From the NCBI GenBank assembly GCA_012026655.1, contig JAAILG010000943.1, forward strand, positions 1 to 64,000: a DNA stretch of 64,000 bases, in the 5' to 3' direction. This DNA is from Hydrolagus affinis. Its lineage: Eukaryota. The notes under the pieces were generated by a model. That model worked only from the letters and a program-made list of their open reading frames with translations. It did no database searches and was not told the origin of the DNA. Every line of letters starts with the position of its first letter. The first letter of the stretch is position 1. A program made the translations under genes and the position numbers. This document shows positions 35,696 through 49,050 of this stretch, in pieces.

Positions 35696-36982
35696 TGTTA
35701 CCTTCTAATCTGCTACATTAACGGTGACATTTTTGGACATAATGCATGGACATGGGCAATGTTATGTTCAGTACATGTAAAACTGACACAAACATTTTCA
35801 TTCAGTGCCAATTTTCCCTCCTCCTCTCCGCAGGCATTGACTTTGTAAATCCACACATGGGGATGAGGGTTTGGGTGGGAAAAAGCGAGAGGGGGGAAGG
35901 AATATGCCTCAGTGTCCACGGACTTAATCCATTACCTCATACCTTTATGGATTACCTTGTCAACACTTGGAAATATCGCAGTGTGAACTAATTGGAAGCA
36001 AAACCTTCCCTTCCGATGTTGTAGAGGGGAGTGTGGAGCAAGGAAGGCCTTTACCCAGGTTCAGCTGACAACCAGGCACAGAAGCAGATTTGGTGATTTA
36101 TACACTGTTTTTGTAGGTCATTATATTTCACACACAGGGAGTCCAGCCATCAGCGCATGCATTAGCAGATGCACATCTTGAGTGTGCGTGCTTTTAGAAG
36201 CAGTAAACAGCGTCTTTAAGGACAGTGGAGGGTGGGTAATGAATTCTATGAACTCTAAATTAATATTTCTTGATAATGAAAATGGTTTTAGCATTGGTCC
36301 ATTAGTCGCCTTATAAACGTCTCGCTGTAACATGCATCCCAGCTTGTACTGCAAATTATCACTTATGATAATAATGCTCAAGCCTTTTACGGTTCGAATT
36401 ACCATTTTGCCTTTTTGTGTATTTTGCCTCTCGCTTGATTGTCGGCCCCACCTCGAGGAGAGGTTGGTCACTCGACCGTGGAGAATGTGAGGTTTTGACC
36501 CGTCCGTTTGGCCCCCAAAAATACAGTCAATTCACTTGACAGTATTTTCTGTGAAACGTTTAGAAACATCTCGAAGACGTGATAAGGCGTTGTAAAAATA
36601 TGCAAGTATTATTATTATTATTATTATTATAAGCTGTGGGGGTCATTAGGTTTTTATATCTGAGGGAACGCTCCAGTGTACAGTCGACACTGAATTTTAA
36701 ACGAAAGCGATTTCTGCTCATCAGCTCAGCGTCAAGTGACAGAGGGCATCACCCCTAGCCAATGTGCCATAAATTCAAAATCCCCATTTGATTGAGAGTG
36801 TTAAGAGCGCTGGGATTTTTTTTCATACATGGACGATTCCTGGTTGCAGCAGAGCTGGGATTTCCTGCATTAACGATCACAGGGTGGCGGGGTGGGTGGT
36901 GTTGGTGGGGGGGCAAAAGACTTGGCTCAGAGTAAGTGAACTGGGAAGGAAACTGAAGCGATTTGCCACAGAAGTTTGGGAT

Positions 36983-37305
36983 ATAATAATAATAATCCTT
37001 GGATTTGATATAGCGCTTTTTACATCTTCTAGATGTCTCAAAGCGCTTCACAGAATATACTGTAAAGTGAATTGACTGTATATTTGTGGGCGGAACGTGG
37101 CAGCCAATTGCGCACAGCAGTGTCCCACAAACAGTCGTGGACTGAAATGACCAATTTTATTATTGTGCTTTTTGTGGGTAGGGATTATTATTCGGCGTGT
37201 GGAGGAAGGAAACTTGCCCAAGGTTTCTCCCTGACCTGCCTGGATTCAAAATATAGGTCTTACGTTTGTAAGGCGAGTGCTCTATCCACTGAGCTACAGG
37301 ACTTC
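36983..37305 (-). mobile_element. Full-length tRNA-SINE
   Basis: Head, core and tail. Confidence 0.92.
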
Positions 37306-39262
37306 ACATCATCACATTTACACAGCGCAGGTTACTGTCTCGTAGTGTTTCACCATTGGAGAGGTTGATGCCGAGTTGGGGAGAAAGGGGGAGGTGGGTG
37401 GACCACAGGGACTGTCAAAGAGGAAAGTGTCGGGTGCGATATCTCAAGACAGGCAAAGAGGAAGCAAGGCACAAGGATTGAGGCAAGAGAGTTCCAGATG
37501 TCGGGGGCCTAGTGCTCACTGAAACCCACTGTATAAATGCATGTTGTTGCTGTTGCTGTAGTGACAGAAAGCACGGCCACCAGTGTAGAGGCGGAGGGGA
37601 CAAAGGGACATGCAGACGGTCTGAGCCCGTTGAGTCAAGGTGGGAGGGTGGAGAAGGACAGTCACACCAAAACCAGACAAGCTTATATACTGACACAGCC
37701 TTCAGCGAAGGGTCTCACCAATCCCTCCCCTGTGCGGCAAATGTCACAGCGCAGCTCCCTGATGGTCGAATGGCTATGGATAGGGGCCGATGCAGTACAG
37801 CAATGTTACAGCTTGAAATCCCACTCCCTGCTGGTCTATTGAGTTCTACAACATACACAGGACATCAGAACCATCAGCAAGGCAACGTTATGCAGAGGGA
37901 AGGGGCTGTTCTAACAACGTTCCGCTGTAAACGTTATTCAAATATTACCACTTGATACCACGGGCATAAAACGGGAGGCACAAGTCAATGCAAAATTAAT
38001 TATAAGATAGTGTTTGAGGATAAACACGGTGGGCAATTCAGTTTCTTTACGAGGTCACGGGGAATCGTTTCCCAAAGCTCATGTCTGTTTAATATTAGCT
38101 CTTGCAGTCATATAAGTAACTATTTGCTCGGACGGCAACAATTTGCAAACAGGTTCACAAGCCCATACGTTTGTACAAGGCCAGAAAAGACTACTGCACT
38201 CCCTGTAGAAGTTTTTCCCGGCGATATTGGCGAACTAACCCCACCACCCCACTCCCCCAAAGATAAAATTGGTTCACATCACAGTTGGGCGTGAAACATT
38301 GCTGTGCAAAAAATCAGCTGCCATGTTCACTTACAAAATATACTCACTATATCCTGGGAAGTGTTTTGAAGTGTCCTCCTGATGTGTAACAATAGACACC
38401 GTATCAAATGCAAGAATTTTTATTAATGGTCTATTAACTCCCTCTCACACCTCTCCCTTGGTTTCTTTGTCAAATGTCTGGACCCTCCTTGAATTTGGGA
38501 ACACGAACTGCCTCGCTGTGCAGTACGTTCCACATACTTCCATTCCACACATGCAGCACACCCCCTCTCTCCCTCGTTGTGTGCGTAAAAATAATTAAAC
38601 CTTGAAATGTCCATTCACTTTCCCCCTTCTGAGCTAACCCTGTGTCCCCTTGTCATCGTCACAGCTACTAAAATGACGCAGAACCTTGCGGCACGGAAAA
38701 AACAGGTAATTCGCCAAGTGCCCGTGTGTTTATTCGATATACAAGTATATCGCTCCGCTTGTCCACCTCCCCTCTCTGGGACCCCTCGATACTCCTCCCT
38801 AATGCTTGCACAAGAAGGGCCTTAAAGAAATTGTTTCCAGGTCCAGACTGAAACAAACGCGGAAGGGTTCGATGTGTCTGCTAATCATTCTTGTTTGGGT
38901 GCTGATAGAACGACTGTGGATTTCCAGCCCCACTGGTTTTATGAGAAACCTCGCTATCTCTATGGCTTGCCAATGTATCCCACAAAAGGAATGTGAATTT
39001 TCAGTGATGTACAATTGCCATTAGTGTCTGGGCAGAGGTGTCCTTTCACGCCTGGGGCCTAGATTCAAATAAAGCCCCAGACTGATGCCATGAAGGTTAG
39101 CTACCAATCACCTGTTGTTCGTTTTGTAACTTACGAAACTGACAAGGATTCTGTGCTATTAAAGTCGGGTTCCTTCTGGGAATAACATTGCACTGCACAC
39201 TGCATAAGTGATGACAGGAGACTTTACAGTGCATACGTGAGAGTTGTCGGTCTTACATTTGG

Positions 39263-39455
39263 TGTCAGCCTGGCTCAGGTGGTAGCACTCGCGCCTCCTA
39301 ATCAGAAGGTCGTGTGTTCAAGCCTCACATAGGGGACAGTGTAGGCTGATACTGGGGTGCACTGAATTGTCATATACGTACTGTCCTTTGGGTCAGAAGT
39401 TAAGCTGGAGTCCCATCTGTCTGTACATATGGACATTGAAGATATCAAGGCACTT
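39263..39455 (+). mobile_element. DeuSINE 5' part
   Basis: TGTCAGCCTGGCTCAGGTGGTAGCACTCGCGCCTCC...AGAAGGTCGTGTGTTCAAG. Confidence 0.75.
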
Positions 39456-39539
39456 TGTATTTCAGCTATTTTTCCCTTTTGCTCTTGCTTTCTTCAAGGT
39501 TTATTTTCTTGCTCCAGCTCATTAATCTCATGGTAAGTG

Positions 39540-39708
39540 ACAATCAGACAAGCTCTATGGGTCTTCAGTCTTGAAACGAACACATTCTAACAGGGTGAAA
39601 ACAATTCATAGAGGTGAAAACGATTTTAAATGGGATTGAAAAAGTAAAAAACCCTGAACAATATTTTCAGATGTATCAAGGCAATATAACAAGACATAGG
39701 TTTACAGT
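39540..39708 (+). mobile_element. Degenerate CR1 fragment
   Basis: GGTCTTCAGTCTTGA and ATTTTAAATGGGATTGA resemble 26765-27110. Confidence 0.6.
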
Positions 39709-39711
39709 TGC

Positions 39712-39987
39712 AGAGGGTTCGATTCCCGGCAGGTCAGGGCGAGACCCTAGGAACGTCTCCTTACACCACACACACTCTTGATAATAATCCCTCGAAAACA
39801 AAACAAAATAATAAAATGGTCACTTCAATTCACAACTGTTTGTGGGACACTGCTGTGCGCAATTGGCTGCCACGTTTCTCCCACAAAATATACAGTCAAT
39901 TCACTTTGCAGCTTATTGTATGAAGCGCATTGACATGTCTGGAAGATGTAAACAGCGCTATATCAAATGCAAGGATTATTATTATTT
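39712..39987 (+). mobile_element. tRNA-SINE from the B box onward
   Basis: GGGTTCGATTCCC, core, tail. Confidence 0.88.
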
Positions 39988-41807
39988 TCTCAAGGGGTAA
40001 TTAATGATTGGAATAGGTTACAGGAAATGTGTGTGTGTGTGGGAGGAGTGGGGGGTGCGTTGAAGGCTGCTGGGATTAATATAAAAAAAAGCTCGATGCC
40101 GTGATGAGAAGTCCAGACAGACGAGATCAAATGGTTCGAAGGGCTTTCTTCATCTGATTTTGTGAGAAGCCAGGCACAGTGGGTGGAAGGCAAGGCAAGA
40201 CGGTACAAGTCAGTTCAACTGGTCGCTGGACTGGAATCATGCGAGCAAATAGCAGAGATACAGCTGAAAGGAAAAGGCTCATCGACAGGACTGGTACACA
40301 AAACACAAGCTGGGAGTCAGCCTGGCTAAGTAAACAGGTCATTTCCTTATCGCCTCCAGAAAGCCTGATCTCTCCTCCCGAGCAAACATTTACATATGGG
40401 CCCTGATTTCTCCGTTTCAAATAATCTTGATAAATGAGCAGAAAGCGCAGGTCTCAATACTGCAGGTGAGAGTCTCCCTGACAGCTCGCGCAGCAGCTGT
40501 CACTATTGTTTGAGGTGCCTTAACCTTCAAACTTAGATAACAGATCTATTGTACTGGATAGTGAGGCAATGCGCTATAAACCGACTTGCTCTCAGACCTG
40601 TTTGTTCCCAAATAGATGACGGGACAGCTTCGTCACCCAATCCCCACTAGGCATAGGCTAACAAAGCGAAATATTTATCGTTCACTTTCAGCGTAATTTA
40701 ACACCCATCTGTTTCCTAATTATTCTCCATGGGGGGAAATATCAGAATTAGTTTCCTTATCTGCCTGTTTACAACTGGAGCATGCGTTGACCCCGCAGGG
40801 TTTAGTTCACACACGGTTGCAACGCACAAGAAACAACAGTTAGATTCACGCATTGAAATTAACAGGAGAGTCTGAGGTCACTGCAGGAGCACCGCAGCCT
40901 TAACTTGTGTGTGTCAGCCAACAGAAGGGAACCAAATCTGTTGTGTGGTGTTTTTATATATCCTTATGTTACGTTCATAGCGCTGGCAGCAAAGCCGATT
41001 GATGCGTCTGCTGCTCGGTGAATTACATTGGAATGTGAAATCGTAAAAAAAAAAACACCCCCCCCTCCCTTCTTAATTTCCGATCACTCACAGCACAACA
41101 GGGTACCAAACCGTGGAGAGATTTATTCCAAATTTTATTGAAGCAACAGTAGCGCGATGGGCTCCCAACACTAAAAATGGCGTCAGGCTGACCGCCAGAC
41201 TGTCTCAGAGTGGTTTAAAGGGAGCGAGTTTATCTGGCTTTATCTGAGGAGTTTATCCCCCGTTACACTCACACTGTGGCTGGAGGGAAAGTCGCTTCCC
41301 CGTCAAGTAAGTGTCAGGAGCCGGGGGATTCACGCTGAATCAAGTCCTCCCTTCCCCACCCACCCCAACCACATAAACTGCACATCTAACAGTTGATCCA
41401 CTGAGGAAGGCAGAATGTGTATGAAAGACAGTGTGTATGCGATATACACAGAGAAAGAGAGACAGAATGAATGTATGTGTGTGCGAAAGAGAGACAAAAT
41501 GTATGTGTGCGTGTGAGCAAGCAAGAGAGAATGTGTGGGTGTGAGAGAGAGAGAGAATGTGTCAAGAGTTAGAGAGAGAGAAAAATATGCGAGTGAAAAG
41601 ACAAAGAGAAAAAGTAACAGGAAAATAATATTATCCATAAAACCATAAAACTTGGGAGACTGAGATTAAAAACAGAGAGGATCATTTTTAAAAATAAAAT
41701 ACAGGAATAGATACAACACAAAGACTCAGCTACTGTTGTTGTACTATAGTACTGACAAATACTCCATCACCAACCCGGCACATACACACACACAAGCACA
41801 TCACCAC

Positions 41808-42370
41808 CACAACAACAACAAATTACACTTGTATAGCGCCCTTCACTCTGGAAAGACATCCCAGAGTGCTGGACAATCAGGGGTTTTGGACCCGAGCCGG
41901 GAGTTGGGGTCAGAAAGGGCCTTGAACGGGGCAAGGGTTTGGAGGGATTGCGGGATAGAGGCCCGGAGTGTGGGGGCGGAGATGCTGAATGCCTGACCGC
42001 CAATGGTGGGGGGGCGGGGGAGGGGGAAGGGGAAGGAGAGTGGGATAGGGGGAAGAGTTAGTGGGGCAGCCGAAGGCGCGGTCGAAGAGGAAGGTCTTGA
42101 GACCGGTCTTGAAGGAGGAAAGGGAGGAAGCGAGGCGGAGGGGCTGCGGGATGGAGTTCCACAGTGTGGGAGCAGAGAGGCTGAAAGCCGGTCACTGATG
42201 GTTGGGCAGTTAGGGCGGTGGACGCGGAGCAGGCCTGAGTCTGCTGAACGGAGTGGGGGGACAGTAAATGAGAGAGATAGGCAGGGGCAAGCCCGTGAAT
42301 GGCCTTGAAAGTGAGGACGAAGATCTTGAATTTGATCCTCTGGGGGATGGGGAGCCAGTGGAGACTTCTC
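41808..42370 (-). mobile_element. L2 LINE 3' fragment
   Basis: Translation LHWLPIPQRIKFKIFVLTFKAIHGLAPAYLS is the L2 ORF2 C-terminal motif; internal duplication of the GGQAFS region. Confidence 0.92.
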
Positions 42371-42383
42371 CCCACCTCCGCCA

Positions 42384-42429
42384 ACACACACACACACTCA
42401 CACACACACACACACACACACAGACACAC
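42384..42429 (+). repeat. (CA)n microsatellite
   Basis: Direct reading. Confidence 0.95.
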
Positions 42430-44427
42430 TGTGAGGCCGTAACTCTGCGCCGATGTTTTTCTTCACATGATGAATGAAAAATAATCTAATCTTTGCATTT
42501 GATCTAGTGCTTTTCACACCTTATCGACGTCTCAAAGCGCTTCACAGAATATACTGTAAAGTCAATTAAAGTAAAGTAGTTATCTTATGGTTGACACAGT
42601 AGGCTGTCGTCCCACTCTGGGGCTATGAGTTCACAGTCTAAGCTGAGAGTGCAAAGGTGCCATCTTTCACGTTGAGATTTTCAAGTGATGTTCTCCTGGT
42701 ATCCTAGCCAAACCGCCCTGACCCCCAACCCCACCCAGATAGAATTGGTCACTCAATGCATGGATGTTTGTGGGGCAGCCGGCTGAAACTGGTAGCTGTG
42801 TTTGCAGTGAAGGCTTGCATAGCACGTGGAGATGTTGACAGCAATATACTAAGGTGTTACACTAAAACACAAGGATTAATAATAATAAGTATTATTACAG
42901 TGAAAAATTCATTTGGTTTCCTGACAGGATCTCACGCACGCGCACACATACACATACACACACACACACACATTCCAACACAACTTTGTACTGTAGTTTT
43001 TAATCAGAGTAGAAGCAGGGACCCTGGATGGTTTTATCCTACCTAACCTTTGGCACTGCCGCCAAACTCTGAGACCAGCTGTAAGATGAGTTTTTTCACC
43101 AGCGTGCAATAGCTTCGCTCATCGGGTCGCTGGAGGAGCCCAGTAATAACAGGTAAAGGGGCAGCTTGATTGCTTGTAGCCAGTCAATGGCTGTGTATTT
43201 GAATCTCCCACATGAATGATGAGGGCTGTCAAAGCTCAATATTTAACACAAAGCATTGCAGAGTGAAGTACAGCATGTTACTGATTGTTCTAAAATCGTG
43301 TCACATCGTAGCCCTGTGCAATAACGCAGCGACTTGAGCTCCTAATTGGAACGTTTCACAGCGCTTTACAAGACCGAGTGCAGTCAAAATTCCACCCGAG
43401 TCTAGGTTCGCTATATATTTACGTGGTATTTCCGAGCAACAGGAATTTGGCAATTTGCTGAATTCGGTCTTAACCTTGAAACCCACTCTCGGTGGTTTCT
43501 TGAACAAACTTGAGGAAAAACAGCTTCACACTTAAGACTGAATTCAACAAGGTAACAAATTCTGGTCGCATTGAAGCGCTCTGAGACGCAGTCGGGCGCT
43601 ATATAAATCCAAGTTGTTGTTGTTGTACGTAATATTTACAAAGAACATGCGACACGAAAACAGGCCATGCAGCCCAACGCGTCTCAGCTGCTGTTTATAC
43701 TCTGCACGAGAGTCTAAATACAGTAAACCTAGACCCAGGTGGAATCTTACCCGCAAGATTCATGCATAAATGAGTTTGCTTCAAATGGATTATTACGTTA
43801 AATTAGGCAGAATTAAAGCATGTATCCAGTTACATTATTAGCGCACTGCATTGGATTAAAATTCACACAGCCTTCAATCATGTCAAGCAACACCGACTCC
43901 CACTTCTACCACTGTAGAAGTTTTCGATGGAACTCAGAAATTTTTCTGAACGGAAGTTTTGTTTCAAACAAAAATTTCCCGTCATGTCAAGACCACTGCT
44001 GCTCATTTGCCTAAATTACTTTGTTTTAAACTACTCTCACTTTCTGGCTCTCTCTCTCTCTCTCTATAGACAATATTCCTTATTATAGTATTTAGCAAGC
44101 AGTGAGTGTATCCTCGAACACAGACGCATAGCTACCCCTGTGCTCACACACACACACCCACACACACCCCTTACAAAAATACAGACACCCGCACAAACAT
44201 ATATAGCAGATTAATATATTGTCCGGGTAGCATCCTTGTAATCGGTTACAGATTTGCACTCCCTAAAGTTGCAGTCGTTACATTAGTTTTAATCCCTTTG
44301 GCATGGATGTGATCCCATGCTAATTACAGACGAGTGTGAGTGCTGACTGGCTGGCTGCTATTTTGTGCTTTACAGCTTTACAGAAAGGACGAATCCAGAT
44401 TTCCTGCCCTAGCAGCTACGAGCTTTT

Positions 44428-44489
44428 AAGCGCTCTGAGACGCCGTCCAGCGTGGAAGGCGCTTTATAAATCCAAGTTGTTGTTGTTGT
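44428..44489 (+). mobile_element. Isolated L2 tail (similar copy at 43575-43625)
   Basis: AAGCGCTCTGAGACGCCGTCCAGCGTGGAAGGCGCT...(GTT)n, same type as 8135-8198. Confidence 0.8.
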
Positions 44490-45069
44490 AGTATTGGGTA
44501 TAAACTCAATGCCCTCTTAGTATTTCAAGGCATGCAGAATTTGGCAAAATCTTAAATGCAGAGTTAATTTTGAAGCCGCTTTTCTGTTTTCTCTCCAAAA
44601 TTATAGTAGTGTACTATTTTGTCCCCTAGGACCTAGCTCCCATCAAATACACAGAACAGAAAAACCAGCAGCATAGTGAACGATTTCAGGACTGTAATTT
44701 CATCCACTTGGCGCATCCTCCCGAAGTGAAAGGCGCTGTACACACGTAATTTATTGTTGTTGTTGCAGTCTCGCAGAGGGTTTCAGTGGACATAAATCTC
44801 AAGTGTTTCAGAGATGCATACTCTTCCTTTATAATGGGCACTGTAGAATGTCGGGGCTCTCTCCACAACAGTGCACTGTGGAACAATGCCTTAGCTGACT
44901 TCATCTGCATCCGATTACAAACAGATATTCAAAAAGGCTAATTAAAAAGGGTAATGGTTTCTACACGGTTGGAGGTTAAGGCAGAGAGAGGGAATGGGTG
45001 TGGGGGGAATATGGTCAGAGAGAGAAATGGAACAACAACCATTCATAGCACTGTTCAAGTGGTGAAATG

Positions 45070-45460
45070 TTTTTAAACTCTTTACGGAGACGGAATGGGA
45101 GCCTGAGCAGGGTGGGAAATAATGCGTGAGGATAGGTGAGATGATGCACTAACTGGCTCTGTGAGGGAGTTTGATACATTCGCAGCCAGACATGGGGCAA
45201 GCAACCACTGGTAGGAGCCAAGCACCAAGGCTTGGGTTCTTTGGCCAGTCAGCTGAAGGATGTCAAGGTTCATCCAGATGCCTGACAAGCAGTCAGCCAG
45301 GACAGCAATGGTCGAAGGGGAGCCAGAGACAGAGTGGGTGTAGGTCACCTCCGGGCAGGTGGAAATGTGGTTCCGTTGCCTGGGGATCATGATCCTGGGG
45401 GGAGCGTGTAGTTGAGAAAGAGGGGAGGACCAAGGACAGCTCTGAGGAACATTGCAGGTG
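45070..45460 (-). mobile_element. Degenerate L2 reverse transcriptase fragment
   Basis: Minus strand PQSCPWSSP/LGPL-like start, then LADCLSGIWMNLDILQL resembling CLSDIxxWMxxNFLQLN. Confidence 0.7.
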
Positions 45461-46509
45461 AGACATATGTATTGTGCGATGTATGGAAGAAGCAGGCTTA
45501 TTGACTAAGTAACCTATTCTTAAATTAAAGCAGATGATTTCTACAGAGGCGCTGTGGACTTCTGATCAGAATGTCTCTTTGCCAGTGTCTCTGGATAACA
45601 CTGGACAAAGATAGATAATATCTGCAAAGGTAGGCTTGGGATCGACAATTGGAACAAGCAGAAATTGAGATACTTCTGTGTCTTTTACACATTACGAACA
45701 CGCACACACACAGAGGTATAAGTGTAATAATTTTTTTTAAACACACACAGGGTTGCGGAAACAGTGAAAATCAATCCTTTCATATTTAGCAAGCTCACTG
45801 CAATTCTGGTCGATCTAAGTAATTATACACACATAAACTGCCATGCTTGTCATCATCATTTTTCAGCAATGCACTCAGGATGCCCTCTGTTCATTTTTCA
45901 AACTCTCTTTCCTACTTTACCCACCCCCCACACAACTACACACACACACACACACCATACTATCTATCTGCAAGATGCAGTTCATCAGTTTTTATAATCC
46001 AGTTTTGCCTTCCATCTAGGGATCCCACTTCACAAGTATTTAAGCAGCCGTCTCCCACTCTTGTTGACATGCACATTAAAATTTGCGTAGGGATATTCCC
46101 AACTCATCAGTCTTCAAGACATATTTGCTTACTTTTAAAACGTAAAACTTTTATGTCAGCAGCATATATAATGCGATTTTGTTTCTGGTAAATGTAATCT
46201 TACCTGTTTGAAATTCTGTATTCAGATTGGTGAGCAAAAACAACTTCACTTTTTTTTAAAAAAAAGCACGCCTCCAACACTTAACCCTTTTGGATTCAAC
46301 AAGGATGAATCATTCAAACAAAAGGCTGGATGACTAAGAGTCTAAAATGTGGGGGCCGTAACCTGGATTTGAGACTACGGTAGAACGCACATCCAGTCAT
46401 CCGCACACCTATTTACCTGCAATATGGAAGTGTGATTGGGACTACGAGATAAACTAGCAATTGGTGCATTAATGTGCGAGGAATAGATTCCATAATTGAT
46501 TAATAGATT

Positions 46510-46633
46510 GTTTCGCCCACAAATATACAGTCAATTCACTTTACAGTATATTCTGTGAAGCGCCTTTAGACGTCGATAAGATGTGAAAAGCGCTACATCA
46601 AAATGCAAGGATTATTATCTTTTATTATTATTA
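46510..46633 (+). mobile_element. tRNA-SINE tail (variant B)
   Basis: GACGTCGATAAGATGTGAAAAGCGCT. Confidence 0.88.
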
Positions 46634-47232
46634 TGTTTGCTGTCTGGACTTTGTTTTGCATGGCTAGGAAGATGAGTTATTACACATAGTACTTACTTTT
46701 GTACAGTGTAGGGACAGGAGATAGAGAACAAGATATAGAGAGAGAGAGAGAGAGAGAGAAAAGTCACAAAGGATGTGAGGATTGATACAGTGTGATCCTA
46801 TGGCAGTAATACAAAATTGATGGAAGAATGTTTTGGTTTGCCCTGTAGCCAGTTCATGCTCTACGTGATGTCCAACCATCCACAATGTTTGCTTATCCAC
46901 GCTATACGGAGCAGGTCCCAATTAATGTGGATAACTGCCTCTCTCTTGTGCATTTCACCGCCATTTAGCAATACATTAATGCAGACCCATTGTAGTGCAT
47001 TTGTACTGGAGGCCACAGAGGGAAAAATGTTTTACTAGACAGAAGAAGCACATGCAAAACAGGCCAGGGGTAAGCAATAAACAACATCAATAAATTGCTT
47101 ACCTGTGGCTTGTTGTACATTTTATATTTGTATCGTGCCCTTCTTCTAGAATAATGTCTCAGAATATTTCACAAATATGGGAATCAAATGCGAAATAAGA
47201 AGGGGATGAGGTGTGGTCGAAGAGGAAGGTTT

Positions 47233-47435
47233 TAATAATAATAATAAAAATCCTTGCATTTGATGCAGTGCTTTTCATGTCTTCCAGACGTCTCAAAGCA
47301 CTTCACGGTATATTTTGTAAAATGAATTGACTGTATATTTGTGGGTGAAATGCGGCAGCCAATTGCGCACAGCAGTGTCCCACAAACAGTCGTGGATTGA
47401 ATGACAAATTTTCTTTTTGAGAGGGTTTATTATCA
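47233..47435 (-). mobile_element. tRNA-SINE 3' part within an old L2 tail
   Basis: Consensus-like core; L2-like flank GGTCGAAGAGGAAGGT. Confidence 0.85.
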
Positions 47436-49006
47436 GGCTGGTGGAGTAAGGAAAGGAACTAAGATAGAGAGTTTGGATGGGGGCGAGGGGGTGGGGTGAG
47501 ATGGACAGGTTCTGGAGGTTAGAGGTGTGGTAACTGATGGGTGTGGAATCAAAAACATAGATAAACAAGAATGTAACTTTACTTGAGAGAAAGTCAAGTG
47601 CAAAACAGTGAAAAACAGTGGTCCCCCCAAGTTTAAAACTCTCCCTTACAGAATGATCAAGGGCAAAGAAGAAGAAGAGTTGGGACACTTTAGTTACAAC
47701 AGAGATGTTTCCTGAAGGGTTTCTGAAGTGCGGAGCTCAAACAAAGAGCTGGTGAGTTATGAGTCTTTCACACTTGCGAGAGAAGCGCTGTAAGTCAGTG
47801 TCACACGATGACATGCTCTAGTTCTTACCATTTGCTGTTTCCAAAAAAACTCGCAGGGAAAGATTTATTCTCCTCATCAATGTCAAGTGAGTAATTACTT
47901 CTTTAGAGGGATGATCGAAGGGCAATAATGGATGTACGTGTGTACTGTCTTAACAAATTGAAGCTAAATTGATGGATTGAGGGACTCCAAATGAAATCAA
48001 GGCAGGCATTCCAATATCTCAACAATTAGCATAAACTAGCTTGTCAAAACAAGGGTCTAAGGCTCAATCCCTACAGCTCTTCCACTACTAGGTTTCATTT
48101 TCAGGCTGCCGTTGGATCAATAACTCGACACTTTGCCATTCTGTTCAATTGCCCAGCCCACAACCTCCATCATTTATGGTTCCCAATCTAATGAGTTTTC
48201 GGGAGAACTTGGGTTTTCCTCAGAAGCTCCCAGAGAGCAACACATTGCACTGGACTCCCAATCCCAACTCATTCACAGACTGAAAAGGAACCCGCTTGAC
48301 TATCCAGGTTGGATCATAAATAGTCCTCAACTTCACCATCTCAATGTCATTTTGACCTAAACATGCGTAACCCAAATCATAATCTCCATGCGAGTGTGAA
48401 TTCAAACCACACCAGTATATGAGGGTCAATATTTATCTGCCTGATTAAGTTGCTAGCATGCTCGCACCTAAATAAGTAGGTTGTGGGTTCAAGACCCACT
48501 TTGGGTGGATACAATGCCCACATAACAACAACAACCACAAAATTACATTGATAGAGCACCTTTCACGTCGGGAGGACATCTCACGATCACTCACTTTTAC
48601 CGAGGCTCAAACCAAGCCCTGTCCGAGATCAGCTAACCCAGCACAGAATGTGAAGTGAATCCACGGCTCTCAGTGGCTGAATAGCTCAATCCCACCCTGG
48701 GCAATGCATTAAGTCACCATGCCACCAGCACACAACAATCTAAGTTTGTCCTAGTTTTCAGAGCACACACTCCGCCTTGGAGAAATGCACCTGTAATGGG
48801 ATTCCAATGTCTAGCTGTGTTGTGCATTAGTGTGAACTACAAGACAATTAGCGCACAAGATACATGTTAGCCACCGCTCTGGCCATCCTCTCCACCAGCA
48901 GCAACAATGAAATTGACTCCAGCAATTACACCCAACATATCATGGATCTCCATGTGGGTGAAGGCAGTGCACACTCCATCTCAGACCAATGGAAATTTCA
49001 ATGCTC

Positions 49007-49008
<2 letters not shown>

Positions 49009-49049
<41 letters not shown>
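49009..49049 (+). repeat. (GT)n microsatellite (others near 27885, 28735, 62737)
   Basis: Direct reading. Confidence 0.95.

Positions 49050-49050
<1 letters not shown>

Noticed and set aside
41843-42429. Long overlapping ORFs as a host gene
   Set aside because: Explained by a frameshifted L2 ORF2 remnant and a CA microsatellite.
47095-47110. Strong minus-strand donor CAG|GTAAGC
   Set aside because: The upstream sequence is an L2 tail remnant with no plausible acceptor or frame.
48610-48730. A third ancient SINE family (also near 39030 and 49620)
   Set aside because: The resemblance is too degraded to call without an HMM search.
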